Source of the DNA: Diplonema japonicum
Taxonomy: Eukaryota; Protista; Euglenozoa: Diplonemea
Assembly: GCA_964019335.1 (NCBI GenBank)
Contig: OZ025694.1
Location: 476,324-540,323, forward strand
DNA length: 64,000 bases
Direction: 5' to 3'
Both the position numbers and the translations under genes were made by a program. Within the stretch, counting starts at the first letter, position 1. Each line of letters starts with the position of its first letter. Shown in pieces: positions 35,588 to 44,793 of this stretch. Under the pieces are notes generated by a model. The model made no database searches, was not told where the DNA came from, and saw nothing but the letters and a program-made list of their open reading frames with translations.

Positions 35588-38500
35588 ATGTCGAAAAAAC
35601 AGAGTCGCTCCCCGACTAAAGACGAAGAGCAATCACGGGACAACGGGTTTGTGTTGTGCGCAGCATGCCAGCGTGGACCGACAGAGTTATGCGGAACGAG
35701 TGACGGTGTGCACAGGAATGATGAAGGGCTGGTGCTGCACGGGGAAAATGTCCTGCGGCAGGCATTCATGAATGTGGAGGTCTTGTCTGTTGCGGATAAG
35801 AATATTGACACTGTTAAGTGCAACAAGTGCAAAACGCAAATCGGCCAGAGGTCCATAGGAGGGGTAGCACTGCAGCTGCACGAGAGAAAGATTTTCTACA
35901 AAAGCGACATACCATACTATCTTGATCCGCAGGACTTCTTATCATCACAGAGCAAGCTTGCGCTTCCCAATAAACAAGACTGGAAAACATTTCTGCGGCC
36001 ATCCTTGAACTATCCCTATATGCTGAAATACAGTCAGGTGAGGGGCATGTGCCATGGGGTAATGGAGAACACAGTGATCTGCCTCCCAACAGGTGAAGGA
36101 AAGACACAGGTCGCTGCGGAGATCATGAGGTTGCTTAAGGAGCTTAACCCAACGAAGATCCCGCTTATGATCGTGGACAAGGTACCTTTGACACACGAAC
36201 AGCGAGAAAAACTAGAAGAAGGGTCGGGCCTAAAGGAGATCTTGGCTTTGAATGGAGGTACGAAGGACAAGCGGGCAGTGTGGAACCAGGTTCGCAGCGG
36301 CACATGCGAAGCATTAGTCGCAACGGCGGGGCTTTTAGAAAACGATCATTTCTTTTACAATCAGGTTGCAAAAGGGAAGATCTCTGCTCTCATCTTTGAC
36401 GAGTGTCACAACACCCGAAAGAACCACCCCTACGCAAAGATCCTTGAGAGGGTCAGCGAATTCGGCTTGGCAGACCCAACGAGGCTTCGGATTGTTGGGT
36501 TGACTGCTACCCCTGAGGACTTGAAGGGTACCCTTAGTGACATACTGGAGTTAATGAGTTACAAGGAATGCAGTCCGTATTTCTTTGCTCCACCCTTAGA
36601 CCAGTACAGAACGGACCGCGTCACGCATAAATACGTGCCCATCGAGATACTGCCGGAGCAGCGGTTGGCTTTCGACAAGCTGTGTGATAAACTCCGTGAT
36701 AAGTACCCTGAACTGGGCGAGACCCTGAAAGGGAGCTACGAGGAAGTGCTGCTCGGTTCGCAAAGCACCGCATCGCGACGTGCCGGGTACGGTGGCATCG
36801 TAGGCGAGATACGGAGTAAACTCGAGGCCTCATCGGGGGGGAAGCGAGAGTTGTACGAAAGGGCGCTGGAGGACATCAAGAAATTGGCAGTGATCGACAC
36901 ATTTGGAGTGAAATCCTCGACGACCGAGGATTTCATGACGGCAGATTCGCCTCGTGTGGAGGAATTCTTTAAGATTATCACTGAGGAGCTCATTAAAGGT
37001 GAACGGGGTACTGCTAAGATGATCGTATTCACAGACAATAGAGACACTGCGTGGGACCTCAAGCGCGTTACAAACGATCGCTTTCGCGAGATCAACGCGG
37101 ATGTGATCGTTGGTCACGGCGGCGATGACGGACAGAACTGGTTCACCAGGAACGGACAGCGAGACCGATTAAATAAGTTCAAGGACAACAAGTGCAGGAT
37201 CCTCATCTCCACCTCGGTGCTTCAGGAGGGGATCGACGTTGCAACATGCAACTGCGTGGTTGCCTTCAGTGGTGTGTCGCAGAGCTTCATCGCGCTGCAG
37301 CAATCGGCTGGCCGTGCAAGGGATGAGGACGCCAAGCTCTACCTCATCGCAACTGAGCACGAGAGGGGAAGGTATAACAAGCAGAAGAAGGAATGCGTCG
37401 AAGCACAAGATCTTGTGAAGGGTCGGTTCCTGAACCAGCCGATCAACACAGGTCTGACTGAAGTCGCAAAAGCTATACGCGAGCACATCGAAGAGTCCTA
37501 CGCCAGTTGTGTGGCCACGACATACGATCTTGTCATTGCCTTTTATCACACGCCAGGCGATAATAGCTCATCAGACATTACAAGCTTTTTGGAAGCATCA
37601 TGCATTGTAAATAACTTATGCACCTATCCTTCAGACGAATTCTCCTGGAACCTCCTGCACGGGACATGTGTCACTGAGGTGTCCATCCTCCACAACACTG
37701 CAGACGTCGAGTCCTGTGCCAGAAGCATCTTCAGTACACTCTCCAAAGCCGAATGGAAAATGAATGAAACGGAGATAGCCTGCTTCAGAGTGCTGAACAA
37801 GTTCGACCCGCAGACACTCGAAGAGAGAGCCTGGTTACACATGCATAGTCTATCCCAACGACTTTTTGTCAATGTTTTGAACCCGTTTGAAGTTCAGTAC
37901 AGCAAAAAGGAACTTTCGCATTGTGGTGAGACGAGGTTTGTAGTATGCGACTTGGACAACAATCGTGGACTGTTCGCTACGGGAGCCAAGACAGCGATGT
38001 ACTGGGCACCAGGCCAGGATGTATTACCCTATCTGTTGTTTTATTCATCACAACACAACCTTCCATGCTTTTACCAAAGGCTGGATTACAAGGAAACGGA
38101 AGAAGGCCCGCCCGACACATCAAAAGAGTCCTTCGCGTTACAAGCGGCGGTGTGGAGCTTTGATAACCAAAACGACTTTGCGATCCCCGTAGAGTTTTGG
38201 CAACAAGTCGCTGACATGTTGCATTATCCCGAAAAGTCAAGAAGGCTCCCAATAGTTCTGGATCTCTTACGCCTTTCGTGGGGTGTCGGTGCTGCAGGAC
38301 CCGAAGTGCCGGGAGCACGTGTGTCAGGTGCGATGTGGCCTGGCAGTGTCCTTGCCGCAGACCTTGTTGACCTTATGGAGCTCGATGGACAAGACGCAGT
38401 GCCCGTCCTTCATCTTGATAGAACGAGTAAAGGAGAGTACCATGTAGCACCCCCGCGTTTCTCTCTTGCTCCGTACCGAACAAGCCGCGAAGGCAATGTT

Positions 38501-40825
38501 GTGGTGTACTGCAGTAGTCAAGACGAGGTTGAAAAAAGCTTCGAGCTCCCATGGAAGAAAGGTCAGTGGTTTAAACAAAGGGCTACTGATACAGTGCGCG
38601 ACCGTAGTGTAGTCATTTACAATGCAGATGAACTTGGCTTTGTTCAGGTTCAGGCGACAATGGGCCCCTTGCAGCGCTGGAGTATGAACCGGAGAACAGC
38701 AGCCAAACTGGGTGTCGCTGAATGGGTTTCTGCAGCCCCCGTTGGTTTCTATGACGAAAAGTTCCGTTGTACCAAAGCAGTTGAGGTGCTGGTCCTGAAC
38801 AACCAAACGGAAGACCTCATTGGACGGGAAGAGGGGTGCATGAGGTTGGGTACTGTACGTGCAGAGCCCGAAGGTGATAAAGACCGCAGTATGTTAGAAC
38901 TGTGGGAGGCAGTGAAGAATGGCGAGCCTCTGTTGCACCAGTTACGGGCGGTGGCAGCAGCATCCCCTTTGCACTCTGGCAGGGATAATGACATCATGAG
39001 TGACTTCTGGTTTGATAATCTGAGAAAGGTAAAGCAACCCCTCAAGAATACCGTTTTGTATGCAACTTACGACAGCACTGGCACCCTACCAATGGGTACG
39101 GTCCGTGTGACTGGCGATTACTGGGAAAGAGTGATACCAAGCGGGGCACACGGCGTGTTGTCCGACACTGGATACGAATCCGATTATCAGAAAGTTGAGA
39201 TCAAGACCGGCAAGCACAAGAACATGGATGTCGAAAACTTGATAATAGTATCTAGAGACATAAGACTGAGTGCCGACATCGTGGAATGCAAGCTGACGTG
39301 GGAGGGGGTGTGTCAACCGTCCAACGCGAGCACCCGGTTTGTAAAATGGTCGGTCCTCCTGGAGCATCAGCTTAGGGCGCTGCAAGCGGTCTATGGCACA
39401 ACTACGCTGAGGGAGATAATATGCTGCGAACTACCATCGTGGACAGAAGTGATGGACCTGCATGGTAAGCTGAAGACCATCACGGCAAAAGGCCTCCCGG
39501 AGGTGGGGAACACGTTCAGCTGCCCATATGAGAGACTGGGAGCTGAAATACAGAACGGCCAGCGTGTCCCGTTAGAGGTGAAGCAAGAGCGTGACCTGGC
39601 GTGCCTGGGTGCTATAGACAAGGTCTTGACCCAACCATATGAGGTAGTCTCGTACAATGAAGGGAACGTGGAAGTCGTGTGCCAAGAGTACAAGCAGATT
39701 TCATCCACAATTTGTTACACGAAGCTAGTGCAAGGCACTGACAGGACAACCATTGACGTGGACGGTATCAGAGTCTCGGTAACGCATCGGAGCCCAAACA
39801 GGGACGAGCGGATGCTCAGTGACATTCACAAGTTTCTTGATGCCGACGATACAATGGTGGCCAAGCATCTGTGGTTACTGCTCCCCTATGCAGGAACGAA
39901 TATAGGTCAGCAATGTGAATTCATAAACCTGGTTAAAAGACATTATAAGAAGCCTCTGGGGTACGCTGCAGTGGACACTGTTGTAGATTGCATCAAGAAG
40001 CCCGCAAAGTTCCCAGACCAGGACTACAAGGAGCTGTTGAGGTGCATTCTTCGAGGTGACCAGCTGCCGCTGCTTCCAGTCACGGGCTTTGCACCGTGTG
40101 GCCAGTTCCGACCGTGTGCGGTAGTGTTGAACAAGTACAACCTGAACCTCATTCAAAGAACAGTCTGTAGGCGATTCAACGCCATTCTGGAACTCAAGTT
40201 AAATGGGCAAGAAGTGAAGTATCAGCTGTTGGAACAAGTGAACAGCAAGGTGAACGAGTGTCTCAGGTATCTCCAAAGCGAGGTGGACCGCAAGCAAGCA
40301 AAGCGAGCTGGTGTTGTTTTGTGGGACGCCGACAAGACGGCACTGGTGAAGTTCAGGCGCCCAGAAGCAGCAAAAGAGCCAGGTTTCGTGGCTGTGATAG
40401 AACATGTAGTAGGGATAGGAGAAATGACCTCTTTTTATGATAAGATAGTGGGGTTGCAATTTACAGCGAGCTGCAAGGTCACCCTCAGCATCGGGAAGAT
40501 GTTCTTTATGGACAAGACAAACGGCATCTCGTACAGCCTCACACCAGCCCTCTACGCTGCTGGACTGATACAGAACGCGCTGGACTACAGCTGTGCTGAC
40601 ATCTGTGTTAAGTGGGTGCCCACTGCACAAGACGAGCCGGCCTCCGTCGATGGACTTCGTCCTATTTATACACTACTCGTTATTGTAAGCGACAGCCCTG
40701 AGGTGTCACAGGTTTGTGTTACCTTTTACGACTCCGACGATACCACGGGTGGCAGCTGGGACGAGAGGTGTGGTGCCATCTATGACGAAGTCGAGGAAGC
40801 CGTACAGAGAATCAACTCAGAATAA
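35588..40825 (+). CDS. RIG-I/Dicer-like SF2 helicase with N-terminal Zn domain and degenerate RdRP-like C-terminal region
   Basis: LPTGEGKT, DECH, HPY, GLTATP, IVFT, ISTSVLQEGID and QSAGRAR; CxxC...CxxC at the N-terminus. Confidence 0.88.
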   Translation: MSKKQSRSPTKDEEQSRDNGFVLCAACQRGPTELCGTSDGVHRNDEGLVLHGENVLRQAFMNVEVLSVADKNIDTVKCNKCKTQIGQRSIGGVALQLHERKIFYKSDIPYYLDPQDFLSSQSKLALPNKQDWKTFLRPSLNYPYMLKYSQVRGMCHGVMENTVICLPTGEGKTQVAAEIMRLLKELNPTKIPLMIVDKVPLTHEQREKLEEGSGLKEILALNGGTKDKRAVWNQVRSGTCEALVATAGLLENDHFFYNQVAKGKISALIFDECHNTRKNHPYAKILERVSEFGLADPTRLRIVGLTATPEDLKGTLSDILELMSYKECSPYFFAPPLDQYRTDRVTHKYVPIEILPEQRLAFDKLCDKLRDKYPELGETLKGSYEEVLLGSQSTASRRAGYGGIVGEIRSKLEASSGGKRELYERALEDIKKLAVIDTFGVKSSTTEDFMTADSPRVEEFFKIITEELIKGERGTAKMIVFTDNRDTAWDLKRVTNDRFREINADVIVGHGGDDGQNWFTRNGQRDRLNKFKDNKCRILISTSVLQEGIDVATCNCVVAFSGVSQSFIALQQSAGRARDEDAKLYLIATEHERGRYNKQKKECVEAQDLVKGRFLNQPINTGLTEVAKAIREHIEESYASCVATTYDLVIAFYHTPGDNSSSDITSFLEASCIVNNLCTYPSDEFSWNLLHGTCVTEVSILHNTADVESCARSIFSTLSKAEWKMNETEIACFRVLNKFDPQTLEERAWLHMHSLSQRLFVNVLNPFEVQYSKKELSHCGETRFVVCDLDNNRGLFATGAKTAMYWAPGQDVLPYLLFYSSQHNLPCFYQRLDYKETEEGPPDTSKESFALQAAVWSFDNQNDFAIPVEFWQQVADMLHYPEKSRRLPIVLDLLRLSWGVGAAGPEVPGARVSGAMWPGSVLAADLVDLMELDGQDAVPVLHLDRTSKGEYHVAPPRFSLAPYRTSREGNVVVYCSSQDEVEKSFELPWKKGQWFKQRATDTVRDRSVVIYNADELGFVQVQATMGPLQRWSMNRRTAAKLGVAEWVSAAPVGFYDEKFRCTKAVEVLVLNNQTEDLIGREEGCMRLGTVRAEPEGDKDRSMLELWEAVKNGEPLLHQLRAVAAASPLHSGRDNDIMSDFWFDNLRKVKQPLKNTVLYATYDSTGTLPMGTVRVTGDYWERVIPSGAHGVLSDTGYESDYQKVEIKTGKHKNMDVENLIIVSRDIRLSADIVECKLTWEGVCQPSNASTRFVKWSVLLEHQLRALQAVYGTTTLREIICCELPSWTEVMDLHGKLKTITAKGLPEVGNTFSCPYERLGAEIQNGQRVPLEVKQERDLACLGAIDKVLTQPYEVVSYNEGNVEVVCQEYKQISSTICYTKLVQGTDRTTIDVDGIRVSVTHRSPNRDERMLSDIHKFLDADDTMVAKHLWLLLPYAGTNIGQQCEFINLVKRHYKKPLGYAAVDTVVDCIKKPAKFPDQDYKELLRCILRGDQLPLLPVTGFAPCGQFRPCAVVLNKYNLNLIQRTVCRRFNAILELKLNGQEVKYQLLEQVNSKVNECLRYLQSEVDRKQAKRAGVVLWDADKTALVKFRRPEAAKEPGFVAVIEHVVGIGEMTSFYDKIVGLQFTASCKVTLSIGKMFFMDKTNGISYSLTPALYAAGLIQNALDYSCADICVKWVPTAQDEPASVDGLRPIYTLLVIVSDSPEVSQVCVTFYDSDDTTGGSWDERCGAIYDEVEEAVQRINSE

Positions 40826-40854
40826 GAACAACAACATTGTTTCGCCCCCCTTTT

Positions 40855-41146
40855 TTTTTTGTTTTAACAATATTATTGTCGAGACTAAAAACTAGTTGAT
40901 GGCAGCGTAATGAGCTATTTTATTAGGTAAAATTCCGCTCGTGCGCACAATTTTTGTTTGTGCGCACGAGCGGAATTTTACCTAATAAAATAGCTCATTA
41001 CGCTGCCATCAACTAGTTTTTAGTCTCGACAATAATATTGTTAAAACAAAAAACTAGTTTGGCGCTCCATTTGTTTGTGCGCACGAGCGGTCCACTTATG
41101 AACACCGCTCGTGCGCACAAACAAATGGAGCGCCAAACTAGTTTTT
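40855..41146. repeat. Two adjacent perfect palindromes built from dispersed repeat C
   Basis: Arms 40855-40950 / 40958-41053 (96 bp, 7-nt loop) and 41049-41091 / 41104-41146. The unit also occurs near 7130, 7737, 53150 and 55370. Confidence 0.92.
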
Positions 41147-41160
41147 CCTCAGGCTTTGCG

Positions 41161-43788
41161 ATAGTATCCAGGGTTAACCGATCACCCGCGGGTTTTTAAT
41201 TACAATCGGGTTTTAAATTGACGTCAAATGAAAGGCGAGCATGCAACCATGCTTAAAACCCTTATATTCGTATCCCGGGCCCCCCAGATACACAAAGCCG
41301 GCCCCAGGGAGCATCAAAACGACTTAGAAAAGGATTATTTTCTCGAAAAGCTGTTTTTTCGCTTTTTTTGACGGGTTTTTAATTAAAAGCGAAAAAACAA
41401 AAAAAAATCGAAAATCAAAAATTAAAACAGGAGGAGAGCATGCAATCATGCTTAAAACCCTTCGTTTCATCCCCCGGGCCCCCCAGATACACAAAGCCGA
41501 CCCCAGGGAGCATCAAAATGATAGAAAAGGATTATTTTCCCGAAAAGCTGGTGCTTCCCTGTTTCAGGCAGGATCCTAATTGGGAGCGAAATCAAAAGTC
41601 AATAATTAAAACGGGAGGAGAGCACGCAACCATGCATATAATAACCCTTTTATTCGTCCCCCGGGCCCCCCAGATACACAAAGCCGACCCCAGGGAGCAT
41701 CAAAACGACTTAGAAAAGGATTATTTTAATTAGAACGGGAGGAGAGCATGCAACCATACTTATAACCCTTCTATTCGTCTCCCGGACCTCCCAGGTACAC
41801 AACGCCTGCATCGAAACAACTTAGAAAAGGATTATTTTCCCGAAAGTCGGCATTCTCCCTGTTTTTGGCGGGTTTTTAACTGGGCACGAAAGTCAATAAT
41901 GAAAAACATTGAAACTTGAACGGGAAGTAGCAACGCACAAAGTAAGGGGGCGCCTTGAAAAGCTCCATGGGACACACGGAAGCGTGCCCGTTGAGGCAGG
42001 ATGTTCACCCACAGAGAACTGAATGCACGCACACAGCGATGAACGCACGATTTCTTACCTCCCTGCTTGCAACCCGGCGTGCCTGAGAACGTGGTGCCTG
42101 TCAGACGAAGACAGAGCACCACTGATGTCCTGGTTCAGGTACAAGAACAACAGCTGCCTTCGTACGTCTGGTGCGAGGCGGACGCGACGGATCTCTCCGA
42201 ACTTGGCGTCGATCGAGGAGAACACCGCGTCCACGGCTGTTACCACAGGCTGCGTGTACAGCAGCGACAAGGCCCTGTCATGCAAAACAGGGAGAGCAGC
42301 TTGCTGAGCCAGCCACCACGCTTCAATATCGAATGAGGTACTCGTCTCAAGGCTGTCCATTTGGGCTATGGCCGAGTAGGACAGCATTCCCCCTCTGACA
42401 CGTCTTGCAGAGGTAGGCTGTCGCGTACTGTTGCGAAGCCGGCCTGCATCGCGCTTTGAAATACGGGGTCAAGACAGCGCATCGCTTCCCAAAAAGGAAA
42501 ATTGGGGTGGGTTCGCCATCTAGCCAGGAAAGTTTCACGAGCAGCGGGCTCCAGCTTGCTGGACAAGTCCTCCATCTGCCCCGCGATGTCGGCGGCGATC
42601 GGCTTTCTGACCGGGTCAGCAATGCGGTCCATCGTCTCGATCACCGGCAACAATCGGTGAGCAACCGAAGCGATCTTCTCCTGCATGTCTGGCAACTGCA
42701 GAAGATCCTTGAGCTCCAGCAAGGATTTGCAGGATGCTGAGCCTGTCTTTTCGACCTCCGAAGCCACAAAGCCTTGGAGTAGCTTAAACCGCTTCGCAAT
42801 GTGGAGATAACACCCAAAGGCTGAAGACAGGCGGGTGTCGTTAAGAGTCTTCTTCGCCTGAGGTGGGCCGTCGGAGGCGGAGTCGATGATCGAGGACAGC
42901 ATCGACTTTAACTGCCCGGGGGTCGGTGCTTCGGGCAAAGAAGTTGCCACACGACGAACGGAGGCGACAAGCTCCGCAAACCTGGTCTCGTACGCCGCAG
43001 CACAGCCCTTCCTCGTTTTAAGGGTTTCAACCTTCTCCACGGACGTCAGCATTTGCTGCAACTCCTGCGTCGACCTGACGTGCCCGGCGCTGTTCTGCAG
43101 TTGGAACTGCATCCACCTGGTCTTCCGGGTGGGGCACGAGTAGAACAGGTTACTGAACTTTCGTGCAACCTTCAATGCCTCTGCCTCGTTATCTCTGTGG
43201 AGCTTTTCCATGACATTCTTGAGGAAGTGCAAGAGGTGGCATGGGCCACCAGCTGGTCCCTGCTCTTCTCCAAGAGCTGAGTCTTGTATCGCACCTCTGA
43301 AGAAGTCACAGATTCTTCAGAAGAGGAAGAGGAACAAGTGTCGGACATTTTATCCTAAAAAAAAGTATTTGGGGTGAGTTCTTACGAAAATAATAAAAAA
43401 AGTCCGAAAACCAGTTTTTTCAAAACTGCATTTAAGGCCTTAAATAAGGCTCTATTTTGGGTTTTGATGGCTGGAATGGGCTCAGATCGTCAAAATAGGG
43501 TTTTTAGAAAAAAGAATTTTTGAGCATGGTCTTGGTATTTTTTGCCAGAAATATGGGTTTTGGATCGATCAAACCGATCCGAAATTAAAAAAAAACCGAT
43601 CAGACCGATCCGAAATTAGAAAAAACCGATCAAACCGATCCGAAATTAGAAAAAAACCGATCATAAACCGATCAAACCGATCCGAAATTAGAAAAAAACC
43701 GATCATTAACCCGACTGTGATCGAAAATCTAAAATTGCTCGGGTCGGGTTTCAAAACCCGAAGGTGATCGGTTATCCCTGGACACTAT
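41161..43788 (-). mobile_element. Defective hAT-like DNA transposon
   Basis: TIRs ATAGTATCCAGGGTTAACCGATCACC / GGTGATCGGTTATCCCTGGACACTAT; flanks GCTTTGCG / GCTTTGCT (8-bp TSD, 1 mismatch); subterminal repeats at both ends. Confidence 0.85.
42055..43348 (-). pseudogene. hAT transposase remnant (deleted and frameshifted)
   Basis: PCHLLH (CxxH-like region), DTRLSS (cf. TRWxS) and dimerization-like AWWLAQQAALPVL...AVDAVFS; frameshift near 42375. Confidence 0.72.
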
Positions 43789-44481
43789 GCTTTGCTTTTT
43801 TGCTTTTATTTCTTTTCTTTTAAGTCGAGGGTGCATACCTGCGACATATGGGGGGCCCGACGGCACACGGCTACGACAGGAGACCACTCTTCTCCTCGAG
43901 CCAAACAGCCCCTTACCTTGCACGACTCCATGTAGTGTTCCTCGCCCAGATGCCGTCCATCTCATCGCGACAAACAGCCACCGCAGGCACCAGGCAGCAA
44001 CCGCAGAACGGTGACCGATTAGTGTGAATTTCTTCAGAACAGTGAGCACCCCCATGCACACTGAAACTTTATCGAATTTTCTTTATTTCTTTTTAAGCGA
44101 CGCGTCACATACTGCAGGTTCCCTTCAAAGACATCTTTTCTTTTCTTTTCTTTTTTTACTTCTTATTACTGCAGCAATAACATAATAAATGTACACACAG
44201 GCTGAAAAATGCGGGTCTGCTTGTTCACCGCACAGGTGACTGCTGAGCGCGCAGCTCCCTGCCGATGTTGGGTGCACATCTACCAGATCCTTTTCTCTTA
44301 GGCAGGCGGTTGATGATGGCGCACTTAAGCCACTCCCGCCCCAGCTCCGTTCGTGCGCTCTTGGCGATTCGACTCCGTGATGCCACTCGTGACACAATGA
44401 AAAGATATTTTAGATTCTTTTTTCTTCTTCATCGAGCACGAGAAGGCCGATGAGCGCAAAAACGCACCTACTTTAAAATAA

Positions 44482-44699
44482 TACTATAAAACAAAAAATG
44501 CCGGACGGCAGAAACAACTATGCCAACCGCCGACCCACCACGGGAAAGCCTGGGAACCAGGAAGACAGAACCTTTGCCATCCTACGGTCCATCGATGAGT
44601 TTGGGATTATGCCCCAACCCACCTGGAATATGGACTAAACGGCACTTCAAATGAAAGAACCCGGACGTTTGTCCGTCCGGCATTTTTTGTTTTACAGTA
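44482..44699. mobile_element. MITE with TA TSD
   Basis: TA|CTATAAAACAAAAAATGCCGGACGG ... CCGTCCGGCATTTTTTGTTTTACAG|TA. Confidence 0.85.
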
Positions 44700-44793
44700 G
44701 TCTTTTTCTATTCATGCATGCAGTGATATCAGATTTTGGTAGAAAATAAAAAAAGAAGAGAAAGGGAAAGAAAAAAATAACCGGAAAAGAAAA

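Noticed and set aside
41230-41850. CRISPR-like spaced repeats
   Set aside because: The spacers are themselves homologous, no cas genes, eukaryotic context; these are transposon subterminal repeats.
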